A stretch of 63,148 bases of DNA, filler included. It is 7 parts of 7 records of this genome, joined end to end, with 100 filler letters (N's around TTAATTAATTAA, not from the genome) between each part and the next. Parts side by side here need not be neighbours in the genome. Positions count along the whole stretch, not along the records: positions 50,877 to 57,239 come from SRR31156797_34208; positions 57,340 to 63,148 come from SRR31156797_34231; 5 more parts are not named here. One strand, written 5' to 3'. Shown in pieces: positions 51,462 through 61,044 of the stretch (the first letter of the stretch is position 1; every line of letters begins with the position of its first letter). The translations under genes and the position numbers were made by a program. Below the pieces are notes generated by a model that made no database searches, was not told where the DNA came from, and worked only from the letters and a program-made list of their open reading frames with translations.

Positions 51462-51635
51462 CTAAAGTGGATGAATGAATACCACCAGTAAACGGGTGGT
51501 TTCGTAAGCCCTTAAAGGGGTTTTCATACTGGGCCAAGGGCCTCGGCAAAATGGGAGTGAACCGAGAACCGTTCTCCCCGTTGACACGGTTTTCCAGGCC
51601 TGGAAAGGTGCCCGGTTTCAAATGGAAAGAAACCG

Positions 51636-51677
51636 TTGACAGTCAGTTCCGAGACCTGTATGCTCGTATGCAAGTTA
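51636..51677 (+). promoter_or_regulatory. Sigma70 promoter of marR overlapped by a putative MarR operator
   Basis: TTGACA-N17-TATGCT; TGCTCGTATGCAAGTTA overlaps the -10 element. Confidence 0.7.
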
Positions 51678-51698
51678 ATTTTATGCAAGGAAATTGCA

Positions 51699-52115
51699 AT
51701 GGAAGCTCGGGAGTGTATTTTTTTTCAACTGGCAAAGACAAGCCAGGCCGGATCGCGTTTCTGGGGCCGGAAGGTTTCCCAAATAGATTTAACCGCGGTG
51801 CAGGCCATGGTCATTCGCTTTTTATACGATGGCGACCGGCTCACCTCAAGCGAACTTGGCAAACGCACCAAACTGGACAGTGCGACCCTGACCGGATTAA
51901 TCGACCGCCTTGAAACGGCGGGTCTTGTTGAGCGAAGGCGCAATCCAGAGGATCGAAGGTCCATACGACTTCACCTGACCCAAGAGGGCAGGAAAAAGGG
52001 TGAAATCGTGAAACGACTCATGGAAGAAGCCAATAAAGAATTTTTACACGAATTTAACGAAAGTGAAGAAGTGGCCCTGAGAACCCTTTTAAACCGAATA
52101 ATTCTGAAAGCCTAA
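51699..52115 (+). CDS. MarR family transcriptional regulator
   Basis: LDSATLTGLIDRLE..GLVERR..DRRS..LTQEG. Confidence 0.93.
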   Translation: MEARECIFFQLAKTSQAGSRFWGRKVSQIDLTAVQAMVIRFLYDGDRLTSSELGKRTKLDSATLTGLIDRLETAGLVERRRNPEDRRSIRLHLTQEGRKKGEIVKRLMEEANKEFLHEFNESEEVALRTLLNRIILKA

Positions 52116-52128
52116 TTTTTTTCATATA

Positions 52129-52146
52129 TAACTTGCATGCAACTAA
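52129..52146. promoter_or_regulatory. Putative MarR operator palindrome
   Basis: TAACTTGCATGCAACTAA; core TTGCATGCAA is a perfect palindrome. Confidence 0.65.
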
Positions 52147-52202
52147 CTTGCCTGGAAAACAGTTTTAATGGTCCTGAACGACAACCCTCAAAGGAGATGA
52201 AC

Positions 52203-52769
52203 ATGGAAACAGGCGATGCAATCAAAGGAAGAAGGACTATCCGCCGATTTAAGCCCGACCCGGTCCCGCGGGACTTGATCGAGCGACTTCTCGATCTTGC
52301 CATGTGGGCGCCATCTGCCATGAATCGGCAGGAATGGTATTTTGTGGTTTTGCAGGGGAACAAAAAAGACGATTTCCTCAACATTTCAGAGAGGGCATTC
52401 GAGGCATTCCGACCCCTTCTTGAAAAAAAATTCAAGGACAAACCGAAAATCGTTCAGGGGATGAAACGTTTCTTTCAAACCTACGGAGATGCTCCGGTCA
52501 TCATATTCGCCTATGCGGGAAAAGCGCCTGACGGCCGTGACGACATCTGCAGTACGGCCGTGGCGGTTCAGAATCTTCTGCTCGCCGCACACGATTTGGG
52601 CCTGGGCGCGGGATGGACGGATGGCGCACTGTCGGAAGAAAAGGGTATTAATGAATTGCTGGGCATTGAGGGGAAAAAACTGGTCTCGATTATTCCATTG
52701 GGATATGCCCATGAAGAACCCAAGGCGCCGCCCAGACGTGAGGACAGGGTCAAATGGATCGGTTTTTAG
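52203..52769 (+). CDS. Nitroreductase family protein
   Basis: RRTIRRF, APSAMNRQEW, QNLLLAAHDLGLG, IPLGY. Confidence 0.93.
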   Translation: METGDAIKGRRTIRRFKPDPVPRDLIERLLDLAMWAPSAMNRQEWYFVVLQGNKKDDFLNISERAFEAFRPLLEKKFKDKPKIVQGMKRFFQTYGDAPVIIFAYAGKAPDGRDDICSTAVAVQNLLLAAHDLGLGAGWTDGALSEEKGINELLGIEGKKLVSIIPLGYAHEEPKAPPRREDRVKWIGF

Positions 52770-52835
52770 ATGATGGGTCGGATCCGCTTCCGGCAAAGTG
52801 TGAATACATGCAAAAACCGAGACAAGGGGAAGAAG

Positions 52836-53936
52836 ATGAGTGATGTGTATACCGCATTAAGAGAACATTTGGACAGCTTGCCGGCAGGGTTTCCGCCCAC
52901 CAAAAGCGGCGTAGAAATCCGTATCCTTAAACGTCTGTTCAGTCCGGCCGAGGCAGAGCTGGCCTTACATCTCAGGTCGAAGTTGGAACAGGCCGCGGCC
53001 ATTGGGAAACGGGCAGGCATGGCCGAGCAGGAAATAGCGCCTCTACTGGAGAAAATGACAAGAAAAGGATTAATCTTCAGCATTGAGACTGAGAAAAGAC
53101 CTCCCGCTTACATGGCGGCACAGTTCGTTGTGGGCATCTGGGAATATCATGTGAACGATCTGGACGAGGAATTCGTCAAGGATATGGAGGAGTATACGCC
53201 TTTTTTGGCAAAGGAAGCCTTTGATCATGTGCCGCAACTTCGCACCGTCCCGGTGGGGAAAAGTATCAACGCCGGCATAGAAGTTCTCCCTTACGAAGCG
53301 GCCGAAGAAATGGTCAGGAAACAGAAGAAGTTTCTGGTGGCCCCCTGCATCTGCCGCAAGGAGTATCAGCTAAAGGGCGCCGGGTGCGACAAACTCATGG
53401 AAGCGTGCCTCGTCTTCGGCTGGGGCGCCGACTACTACGAACGTAACGGGCTTGGTCGGGTTATTACCATGGAAGAGACACTTGAAATTCTCAGGGAAGC
53501 GGATGCGGAAGGCTTGGTACTTCAGCCTAGCAACGCGCGGGAAATTGTTAATATCTGTTGTTGCTGCGGAGACTGCTGTCAGATCCTCATAAATCTCAAA
53601 AGACATCCATCGCCTGCCGCCATGGCCGCTTCAGCATTCGTTGTCCGTATGGACATTGACGCCTGCATCGGTTGTGAGACTTGCCCGGATCGTTGCCAGA
53701 TGGAGGCCCTGAGCATGGGGGATGAGCACGCTGTTTTGAATGCGGACCGCTGCATTGGTTGCGGTCTGTGCGTTTCAACCTGCCCGAGCGGGGCGCTGGC
53801 GTTGGAGCGAAAACCTCAAGAAACACAATTGGAGATTCCCAAAAACCAAATGGAAGCCCATGCCCTGCGCCTCAAGGAACGGGCAAGGGCCAAGGCGGAT
53901 CTGAACGATAAATTGCTGCGCCATAAAAAAGCGTGA
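52836..53936 (+). CDS. 4Fe-4S dicluster protein with N-terminal HTH-like domain
   Basis: CICR, ICCCCGDCC, CIGCETCPDRC, CIGCGLCVSTCP. Confidence 0.88.
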   Translation: MSDVYTALREHLDSLPAGFPPTKSGVEIRILKRLFSPAEAELALHLRSKLEQAAAIGKRAGMAEQEIAPLLEKMTRKGLIFSIETEKRPPAYMAAQFVVGIWEYHVNDLDEEFVKDMEEYTPFLAKEAFDHVPQLRTVPVGKSINAGIEVLPYEAAEEMVRKQKKFLVAPCICRKEYQLKGAGCDKLMEACLVFGWGADYYERNGLGRVITMEETLEILREADAEGLVLQPSNAREIVNICCCCGDCCQILINLKRHPSPAAMAASAFVVRMDIDACIGCETCPDRCQMEALSMGDEHAVLNADRCIGCGLCVSTCPSGALALERKPQETQLEIPKNQMEAHALRLKERARAKADLNDKLLRHKKA

Positions 53937-53986
53937 GTGTGAATGGCAACATAAATTGGACAATAGCCCATAAAAGGAGGTATGTT

Positions 53987-54331
53987 ATGGAAAAAAAAGA
54001 TCATCTCTACATTCTATGGACCAATGGCGACCCGATTACCGCCGAGAAAATGGTTTTTATGTACGGCATAAATTCCCTGCTTAAGGGGTGGTGGGAAAAG
54101 GTGACGTTGGTTATTTGGGGTACGCCTGCAAAATTGTCCGCGGAGAACATTGAAATCCAGGAAAAAATCAAGGCTGCGCTGGACGCGGGTGTGCACGTAA
54201 CCGCCTGCAAGGCGTGCGCGGACCAGCTGGGGGTGACCGAGGCCTTGGAGAACATGAATGTAGAGGTCATATATTGGGGTGAGCCGCTTACAAAGATTTT
54301 GAAAAGCGGCGAGACGCTTTTGACCATTTAG
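53987..54331 (+). CDS. DsrE family protein
   Basis: AGGAGG RBS; LYILWT, VTLVIWG, ACKACADQLGV. Confidence 0.85.
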   Translation: MEKKDHLYILWTNGDPITAEKMVFMYGINSLLKGWWEKVTLVIWGTPAKLSAENIEIQEKIKAALDAGVHVTACKACADQLGVTEALENMNVEVIYWGEPLTKILKSGETLLTI

Positions 54332-56206
54332 TTATAGATAATATCGCTGGATCTCATCACGCTGCTCTTCATAAGAACGCCTGAGATCCTGTACCTTCGG
54401 ATCTTTCGACACCATCGGTGGTGCAATATCCCAGAAGCTGTTTTTCGTCCCCACCGACATTTCGTAAGGATCCACTTCGATGACCACCACGGAAGGACCG
54501 TCCTCGTTTTTCGCTTGCTTGAGAGCCAGGCTCAGCGCTTCCCCGGTCCATGCCTTGTGGACCTTGGCACCGAGGCTTTCCGCATGTTTCGCGAAATCGA
54601 TGGGGAGAAAATCGCCCTTCTTCTCCCCTTCTCCCTCCCGTTCCCGGAACTCCACATCAAAATCGCTTCCGGTGGTCATAACCTGTAAAGCCCGAATAAT
54701 CTGGTATCCGTGATTCACGAACAAACAGACGGTCATATTGATTTTTTCGCGGGCGGCCACAATCAAATCGCTGGGATTCATCAGGTAGGTGCCGTCTCCA
54801 ACACACACGAAGACGTTCTCTTCACCCGCCATGGAAAGACCGATGCCGGAGGGAATTTCGTAGGTCATACAGGAATAGCCGAAATCCAGGTGGCACTTTT
54901 TGTCGCCCCGGGTGTCCCAGAGCTTGTGAACATCCCCCGGCAAGCTACCCGCCACGGCCACCACATAAGAGTTTTCAGGGATGGTATGGTTTATGATTTT
55001 GAGGGCCTGGGCCTGGGTCATGGGTTCCCCGTCCTTTACAAGCAGGGTCGGTGCAGCCAGATCGTGCCATTCTTTTTTGGCCCTTTCGGTTGTCTTAACC
55101 CACGCCTCATTGGGTGAAATCCCCATCTTTTGAGCCGCCGCAGCCAGTTTCGAAATCCCTTCCCTGGCGTCGGCCAAAATCGGTTCTGCGGCAAATTTGA
55201 ATGCGTCCTTACCCAGAATATTGATGGAAGCAAATCGAACATCAGGGTTTTGGAAAGCGGTCTGAGCACAGGTTGAAACATCCAGCATGCGGGTTCCCAT
55301 GGCAATCACCAGATCCGCCTGTTCCGCCAGGTGGTTGGCCGCGTAATTGCCGGCCACCCCCAATCCGCCGGCCCCCATGGGGAGTGCGTCGCCCATTGTA
55401 CTCCGCCCCGCAATGGTTTCCACCACGGGGATGCCGAAGGTCTCCGCAAAATGGCGCAGCGCACCCTCCGCTTCGGAATAATATACCCCTCCCCCGCTGA
55501 TGATGAGCGGTTTCTTGGCATCTTTGAGCAACCTCACAACCCGGGCCACCTGTGAATCCGCCGGGGGCCGCCGATCCACGTGCCAGACACGCTTTTCAAA
55601 CAGTTTTACGGGAAAGTCTCCGGCCTCGCTCTGAACCCCCTGGCACAATGAGAGAGTGACCGCACCGGCTTCATCGGGGCTTGCCAGGACCCGCGTGGCT
55701 TCCATGAGGGAAGCTGTCAGTTGCTCCGGCCGCACGATTTTATCGAAGAAAACGCTCACCGGACGCAATCCGTCCGCAATGCTGAAGTCATATTCGATCA
55801 TGTGTTCAAGTTGCTGCATGACGATTCCCTGACGCCGTGTACCGTAATGATCGGACGGCAGAAGCAGGACGGGAACCCTGGTGATGGTGGCACCGGCGGC
55901 GCCCGTGTACATGTTGGCCGTCCCGGGCCCGATGGAGGCGGTACACGCCATGGTGGAAAGCCGCCGCTTGGCACGGGCAAAGCCCACGGCCATATGCACC
56001 ATGCTCTGTTCGTGAAAGGGCTGGTGAAATTCCATGTCCCGGCCGCATTCCAAAAAACCCTGCCCCAAGCCTGACAAATTGCCGTGGCCGTATATGCCGC
56101 AGGCCTTGGGAATCAACCGCTGTTCCACCCCGTCACGTTCGCTCCATTGATTTTGCAGGAATAAAGCCACTGCCTGTCCAACGGTAAGCCGGATTGTTTT
56201 TTCCAT
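54332..56206 (-). CDS. iolD: THcHDO acylhydrolase (TPP-dependent, myo-inositol catabolism)
   Basis: TIRLTVGQA, GHGN, SIGPG, GSLPGDVHKLW, GYSCMTYEI, GDGTYLM. Confidence 0.88.
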   Translation of the reverse strand: MEKTIRLTVGQAVALFLQNQWSERDGVEQRLIPKACGIYGHGNLSGLGQGFLECGRDMEFHQPFHEQSMVHMAVGFARAKRRLSTMACTASIGPGTANMYTGAAGATITRVPVLLLPSDHYGTRRQGIVMQQLEHMIEYDFSIADGLRPVSVFFDKIVRPEQLTASLMEATRVLASPDEAGAVTLSLCQGVQSEAGDFPVKLFEKRVWHVDRRPPADSQVARVVRLLKDAKKPLIISGGGVYYSEAEGALRHFAETFGIPVVETIAGRSTMGDALPMGAGGLGVAGNYAANHLAEQADLVIAMGTRMLDVSTCAQTAFQNPDVRFASINILGKDAFKFAAEPILADAREGISKLAAAAQKMGISPNEAWVKTTERAKKEWHDLAAPTLLVKDGEPMTQAQALKIINHTIPENSYVVAVAGSLPGDVHKLWDTRGDKKCHLDFGYSCMTYEIPSGIGLSMAGEENVFVCVGDGTYLMNPSDLIVAAREKINMTVCLFVNHGYQIIRALQVMTTGSDFDVEFREREGEGEKKGDFLPIDFAKHAESLGAKVHKAWTGEALSLALKQAKNEDGPSVVVIEVDPYEMSVGTKNSFWDIAPPMVSKDPKVQDLRRSYEEQRDEIQRYYL

Positions 56207-56470
56207 GGGTCCCCCTTTCAATTTTCAGATCAATTGAAGCCGTTTCCTTGCAGTTGTCTTTTGCGGCCGCTCCTCTTTTCTATCCGGCATCCTGTCTGTG
56301 TGTTTACACATTAACGCCATCGCATAAAATGTGTTTTGCGATTGCCCAACCCGGTGTAATTAACTGATGCTGCTCAGTTTTTTTGTTGCATATAAAACCA
56401 CAGCATTTTATATTTGGCAACTCAAAAATCTTTTTGATTACACAATTGTTCATATGCAAGGGAGGTAAAA

Positions 56471-57239
56471 ATGAAAATTGGTTTTAACATGTTTCTGTGG
56501 ACGGGACACGTCACCGAAGAACACCAACCGATTATGGCCGCCCTGAAAAAGCAGGGGTACGACGGTGTTCAAATACCCGTATTGGAAGGAGATCCATCCC
56601 ATTACAGTTATTTAAAAAAAATGCTTGGGGACTTGGAACTCGATTGTACTGCACTGACCATTATTCCGGAAATTGAGATGAACCCCATTTCAGAAGACGG
56701 AAACTGTCGCCAAAAAGGGCTGGACTATCTCAAATGGGCACTTGACTGTACGGCTGCTCTGGGTACGGATCAATTATGCGGTCCGCTCCACCAGACCCTG
56801 GGGTATTTCAGCGGATCCGGTCCCACGGATGATGAAGTGAATCATGCCGTCGACTTTCACCATCAGGTGGGGGATTATGCCCATGCCATGGGTATCACAA
56901 TCTGTCTTGAAGCGATCAATCGCTTTGAATGTTATTTTGTCAATACCATGGCAGACCTTTGTGCATATCTAACGCGCGTTGACCACCCGGCCGTTACCGG
57001 CATGTATGACACGTTCCATGCCAATCTTGAAGAAAAACATGTGACCGACTGCATCGGACCGGCGGCCCCATGGATCAAGCATGTCCATATTTCGGAAAAT
57101 GACAGAGGCACTCCCGGAAAAGGCCATATTGACTGGACCGCGGTCTTTCGTGAATTGAAATCGATTGGCTATGATGGGTGGTTGACCATTGAAGCGTTTA
57201 GCCGCGCTTTGCCGCAACTGGCCGCTGCCACCCGGATCT
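56471..57239 (+). CDS. D-psicose/D-tagatose 3-epimerase-like sugar epimerase, 3' partial
   Basis: EAINRFE, YDTFHANLEE, HVHISENDRGTPG, IEAF. Confidence 0.88.
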
Positions 57240-57339
57240 NNNNNNNNNNNNNNNNNNNNNNNNNNNNNNNNNNNNNNNNNNNNTTAATTAATTAANNNNN
57301 NNNNNNNNNNNNNNNNNNNNNNNNNNNNNNNNNNNNNNN
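57240..57339. other. Artificial contig spacer
   Basis: N44-TTAATTAATTAA-N44. Confidence 0.99.
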
Positions 57340-57465
57340 AGCGAAATAAGCTAAGTCTGTCCCCGTCTATTTTACCCCTTGCCAACAGACTGCCGATATC
57401 CTAAACTTTTCCTGTCGGGCTTGAAAAACAGATGAATGCCGGAACGGAAAAAGACGGGAGCGGAC

Positions 57466-58896
57466 ATGGCGGAAGAGGCGGAAGAGAAAAAGAAAAAGTG
57501 GCTGATATTTGTTTGCGTGGCCCTGGGGGTCTTCATGTCGACCCTGGATTCGAGCATCGTCAACATCGCCCTTCCCTATATCATGCAGGACATGGAAACC
57601 CGGATCGGAACCATCCAGTGGGTGGTCCTGATCTACCTGCTCACCATCTCCTCCCTGCTCCTCACCTTTGGCAGGCTGAGCGACACCCGGGGAAAACGGA
57701 TCATCTACACCGCCGGCTTCATTGTATTCTCCATGGGTTCCCTCTGCTGCGCCATGGCCGAGACGCCCCTGTTCCTTGTGGTCTCCCGGGCCGTGCAGGG
57801 ATGTGGCGCCTCCATGCTCATGGCCTGCTCCCCGGCCCTCATCGTGGACACCTTTCCCGCCAAGGAACGGGGCAAAGCCCTGGGCATGGTGGGAGCGGTG
57901 GTGGCGGCGGGCCTGACCGCGGGACCCGTGGCCGGGGGCGTGCTCCTGGACCTGTTTTCCTGGCGGTTCATCTTCTACATCAACATCCCCATCGGCATTG
58001 CATCGGCCCTGGCCGGCACCCGCATCCTCAAGGGAACCCGGGCCGACCAAGGCAACCAGGAACCCCTGGACAAGACCGGCAGTCTCCTGCTTGCCATCTG
58101 TCTTGTCTGCCTGCTGGTGGTCCTGACCCATTTGAACAAGTGGCAGCCCCTGTCCGCCAAAACCATGGGATTCTCCCTGGCCTGCGCCATGGCCTGCCTG
58201 GGATTCATCCGGAACGAGGCCAAGTCCATCTACCCCTTGTTTGATCCCGGCCTCCTGCGGATTCGCCTGTTCATGCTGCCGGTAATCACCTCGGCCGTCA
58301 TGTTTGCCGCCCTGTTCATCATCGTCTTCATGATGCCCTTTTTCCTGGTCCACCCCTGCGGTTTGTCCGCCTCGGCCACCGGGCTTGTCATGATCACCCC
58401 CTTTTTCATGCTCTTCTTCATCAGCCCGGTATCGGGCGCCATGTACAACAAGACAGGCTCCAGGCTCCCCTGCACCCTGGGAATGAGCCTTCTTTCCGCC
58501 GCCCTGTTCTCTTTTACCCTGATCGAGCCCGCTTCCCCGCTGGTATCGATCCTCTGGCGCCTGGCCCTGGCCGGCACGGGCACGGCCATCTTCATCTCCC
58601 CCAACAGCACGGCGGCCATGGGGGCGATCCCGGCCAACCGGCGGGGCATTGCCTCGGCAACGGTGGCCACGGCCCGGAACCTGGGCATGGTGATCGGGGT
58701 GGCCATTGCCGGATTGATCTTCAGCACCACCTTTTGCAGCCTCAGCCAGGGCACCCCTTTCAAGAGCTACTCCCCGGCCGTGGAGCCGTTTTTCATGGCC
58801 GGTTTTCACAACGCCATGACGGCCGGCGGGGTGCTGGCCGCCCTCGGAACCGTCCTCGCCTTTCTCCGGGGGGATGACCGTCCCCGCACCCGATGA
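57466..58896 (+). CDS. MFS efflux transporter, DHA2 (EmrB/QacA) family
   Basis: LDSSIVNIALP, GRLSDTRGKR, GPVAGG, WRFIFYINIPIG; about 14 TM. Confidence 0.93.
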   Translation: MAEEAEEKKKKWLIFVCVALGVFMSTLDSSIVNIALPYIMQDMETRIGTIQWVVLIYLLTISSLLLTFGRLSDTRGKRIIYTAGFIVFSMGSLCCAMAETPLFLVVSRAVQGCGASMLMACSPALIVDTFPAKERGKALGMVGAVVAAGLTAGPVAGGVLLDLFSWRFIFYINIPIGIASALAGTRILKGTRADQGNQEPLDKTGSLLLAICLVCLLVVLTHLNKWQPLSAKTMGFSLACAMACLGFIRNEAKSIYPLFDPGLLRIRLFMLPVITSAVMFAALFIIVFMMPFFLVHPCGLSASATGLVMITPFFMLFFISPVSGAMYNKTGSRLPCTLGMSLLSAALFSFTLIEPASPLVSILWRLALAGTGTAIFISPNSTAAMGAIPANRRGIASATVATARNLGMVIGVAIAGLIFSTTFCSLSQGTPFKSYSPAVEPFFMAGFHNAMTAGGVLAALGTVLAFLRGDDRPRTR

Positions 58897-59100
58897 ATGC
58901 CGCCTCTACTGCAATTGTTTTACAAAGTGTAATCGAAGCTGACAAAGAACGCCTTACAGATAGAATGTTTTCCACCATGAAGGACATGAAGACCATGAAG
59001 TTTTACATGCGCTGCCATGGCGATAAAACAGTCATCAGCATCGTCCCAATCCGGCAGCCAGGATTTTCTTCCTGTACTCCATGATGAATAATTATTTCAA

Positions 59101-59116
59101 TGGCACACAATTCGCA
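59101..59116 (+). promoter_or_regulatory. Sigma54 -24/-12 promoter upstream of ycaO
   Basis: TGGCAC-acaat-TCGCA (GG-N10-GC). Confidence 0.55.
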
Positions 59117-59274
59117 ATAACCAGACAATAACAGGCTGGCCGGACACCAAGCGCTTTAAATGACGGAGCAGAAGAGAATCCTATTCACTTGTGGCCTGCC
59201 ACATGGTAGTATGTGCGCCTTCAAAGAAGTCCCCCATGGGTCTTGGGATCATAACTAACAATAGGAGATTTGGT

Positions 59275-60981
59275 TTGACAGAGACACTGGAATATAAATT
59301 GGAGTTATCCGACACACAACTTGCCACGGGATTCTTCACCACGGTCCCCTCTACCCCCCTGTCCCTGGAACAGGGCCTGGCGCTGTTGAAGGAACGGCCC
59401 ATGGACCAGTTTCTGCACCGGTATGTTCTGGATCTCATGGCCCGGCTGGATGAAGGGGAGATCGCCCGGCTCATCAAACAGGCAAAGGCCGACGGGGACC
59501 GGGTGCTCCAGGCCCTGGCCTGTGAGCAGCTCCTGTTATCCAACAGCCTTGCAAAGGTCGAGCAGTTCTTCTCAAGGGAAACCCTCTCCGAGTTTTGCAA
59601 CCATACGCCGCTGGTGGACATCCGGGCGGCCCTGCAGCCGAACACCCGGCTACACGCCCAGTGGATCGACATTTTCAAATCCAACATTGTGGAGAACAAA
59701 CCCCTGCCAACCGTGGAAGAGACGGGCCTTCCCCCCATCTGCGCCGGAGATTGCATGGTTCGCTGGGAAAACAGGGCCAAGATCGACGACCTGATCTCCC
59801 GGGATGAAAATATCCCGGACACCAAGGGAAGGTTCAGCGCAGAGCAGACCGCCCAAACCGCCATGGAGCGGCTGGAGCGGGCAGGCATCGAGGTGGCGGA
59901 AGAGATGCGCCACGAATCGAGCCTCAGCCCCTTTGCCCTGCTGCGAAAATGGCGGTTTACCACAACAACGGACAACCTTCGGAACAGGTTCACCCTGTCC
60001 GGGCCCCAGACCAGCTACGGCAAAGGGCTTACGTTGGAAGACGCCCGGGCCTCCCTTTCCATGGAGATCGTGGAGCGCTGCTCCTCATTCGCCTCCATCT
60101 CAGCCACCCGGGTGGAAGGGTATGCCAATGACTATCCCCTGGTGCGGGCCACCTACCGGGAGCTGATCGACCAGGGCAAAAACGCCCTCAACCCGAACGA
60201 TCTCTCCCTCGAGGTCAGCTACGGCAACGAGCCCCTGCACTGGATCGAAGGGGAAACCCCGGGGGACAACGGCCCGGAACCGGCCATGGTGCCGGTCCAG
60301 CCCCTGTTCCTCTTCTGCAACCTGGATGAGATCGCCCTGTTTTCCGGCCTTGGATCCACCGGGCTGGCCTCGGGCAACACCATGGAACAGGCAAAGGTGT
60401 CGGCCCTTCTGGAGGTGATCGAGCGCCACCAGGAGGCGACGGTCCCCTTTGACAGACAAAGCTGCTTCCGGGTGGTGCCGGGGGAAAGCGAGATCACCCC
60501 CCTGCTGGAAACCTATGCCGGCCTCGGCATCCAGGTCCAGTTCCAGGACATCACCCCGGCATCGGGCATTCCCTGCTGCAAATGCTTTGTAAGGGGACAG
60601 GACGGCACCATCCACAAGGGGGCGGCCGCCCATCTCGACGCCAGGCGGGCCCTGGTCTCCGCCATGACAGAGACCACCTATCCCTTTCCCTCGGGCCCAC
60701 CGTCGGCAAAGGGGATGGCCGACCTGGTCCTGGTGGGGTACGACAACCTGCCCGATTACTCCACCCCGGATCACGGCAAGGACCTGGCCCTGCTGGAGCG
60801 TCTGCTCCTGGCCAACGGCCAGCGGCCCTATTACGTAGACCTGACCCGAAAGGACATCGGCCTGCCCGTTGTCAAGGCCCTTATCCCGGGCATGGATATC
60901 CTTGGCGACTTTGACCGGTTTTCAAGGGTTCACCCTGAACTGTTCAGCAACTACATGAACAGCTTCAGCACAAACAATTAA
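59275..60981 (+). CDS. YcaO-like family protein with N-terminal extension
   Basis: SYGKG..A..S..MEIVER, STGLASGNT..A..ALLEVIER, E(AMTE), PVVKALIPGM; AGGAG RBS before a TTG start. Confidence 0.88.
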   Translation: MTETLEYKLELSDTQLATGFFTTVPSTPLSLEQGLALLKERPMDQFLHRYVLDLMARLDEGEIARLIKQAKADGDRVLQALACEQLLLSNSLAKVEQFFSRETLSEFCNHTPLVDIRAALQPNTRLHAQWIDIFKSNIVENKPLPTVEETGLPPICAGDCMVRWENRAKIDDLISRDENIPDTKGRFSAEQTAQTAMERLERAGIEVAEEMRHESSLSPFALLRKWRFTTTTDNLRNRFTLSGPQTSYGKGLTLEDARASLSMEIVERCSSFASISATRVEGYANDYPLVRATYRELIDQGKNALNPNDLSLEVSYGNEPLHWIEGETPGDNGPEPAMVPVQPLFLFCNLDEIALFSGLGSTGLASGNTMEQAKVSALLEVIERHQEATVPFDRQSCFRVVPGESEITPLLETYAGLGIQVQFQDITPASGIPCCKCFVRGQDGTIHKGAAAHLDARRALVSAMTETTYPFPSGPPSAKGMADLVLVGYDNLPDYSTPDHGKDLALLERLLLANGQRPYYVDLTRKDIGLPVVKALIPGMDILGDFDRFSRVHPELFSNYMNSFSTNN

Positions 60982-61044
60982 CCGGAACACAAGGATGCCG
61001 ACCCCGGAACCCATCCGGAGATTGACACCCTGAAGCGAGGAACG

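Noticed and set aside
9718-57339. Six TTAATTAATTAA palindromes in N-runs and abrupt GC shifts
   Set aside because: Artificial concatenation linkers; GC changes reflect different source organisms, so no synteny or HGT inference is valid across them
57350-57366. AAGTCTGTCCCC at the contig edge, resembling transposase-associated termini
   Set aside because: Single short match with no transposase or second copy in view
57367-58809. 480-aa minus-strand ORF, and similar long ORFs opposite ycaO and the TonB receptor
   Set aside because: Antisense shadows of well-supported genes
58893-59084. 63-aa ORF as a RiPP precursor for YcaO
   Set aside because: Ends GFSSCTP and overlaps the MFS stop, but has no leader/core pattern and spans a repeat and the promoter region; too weak to call
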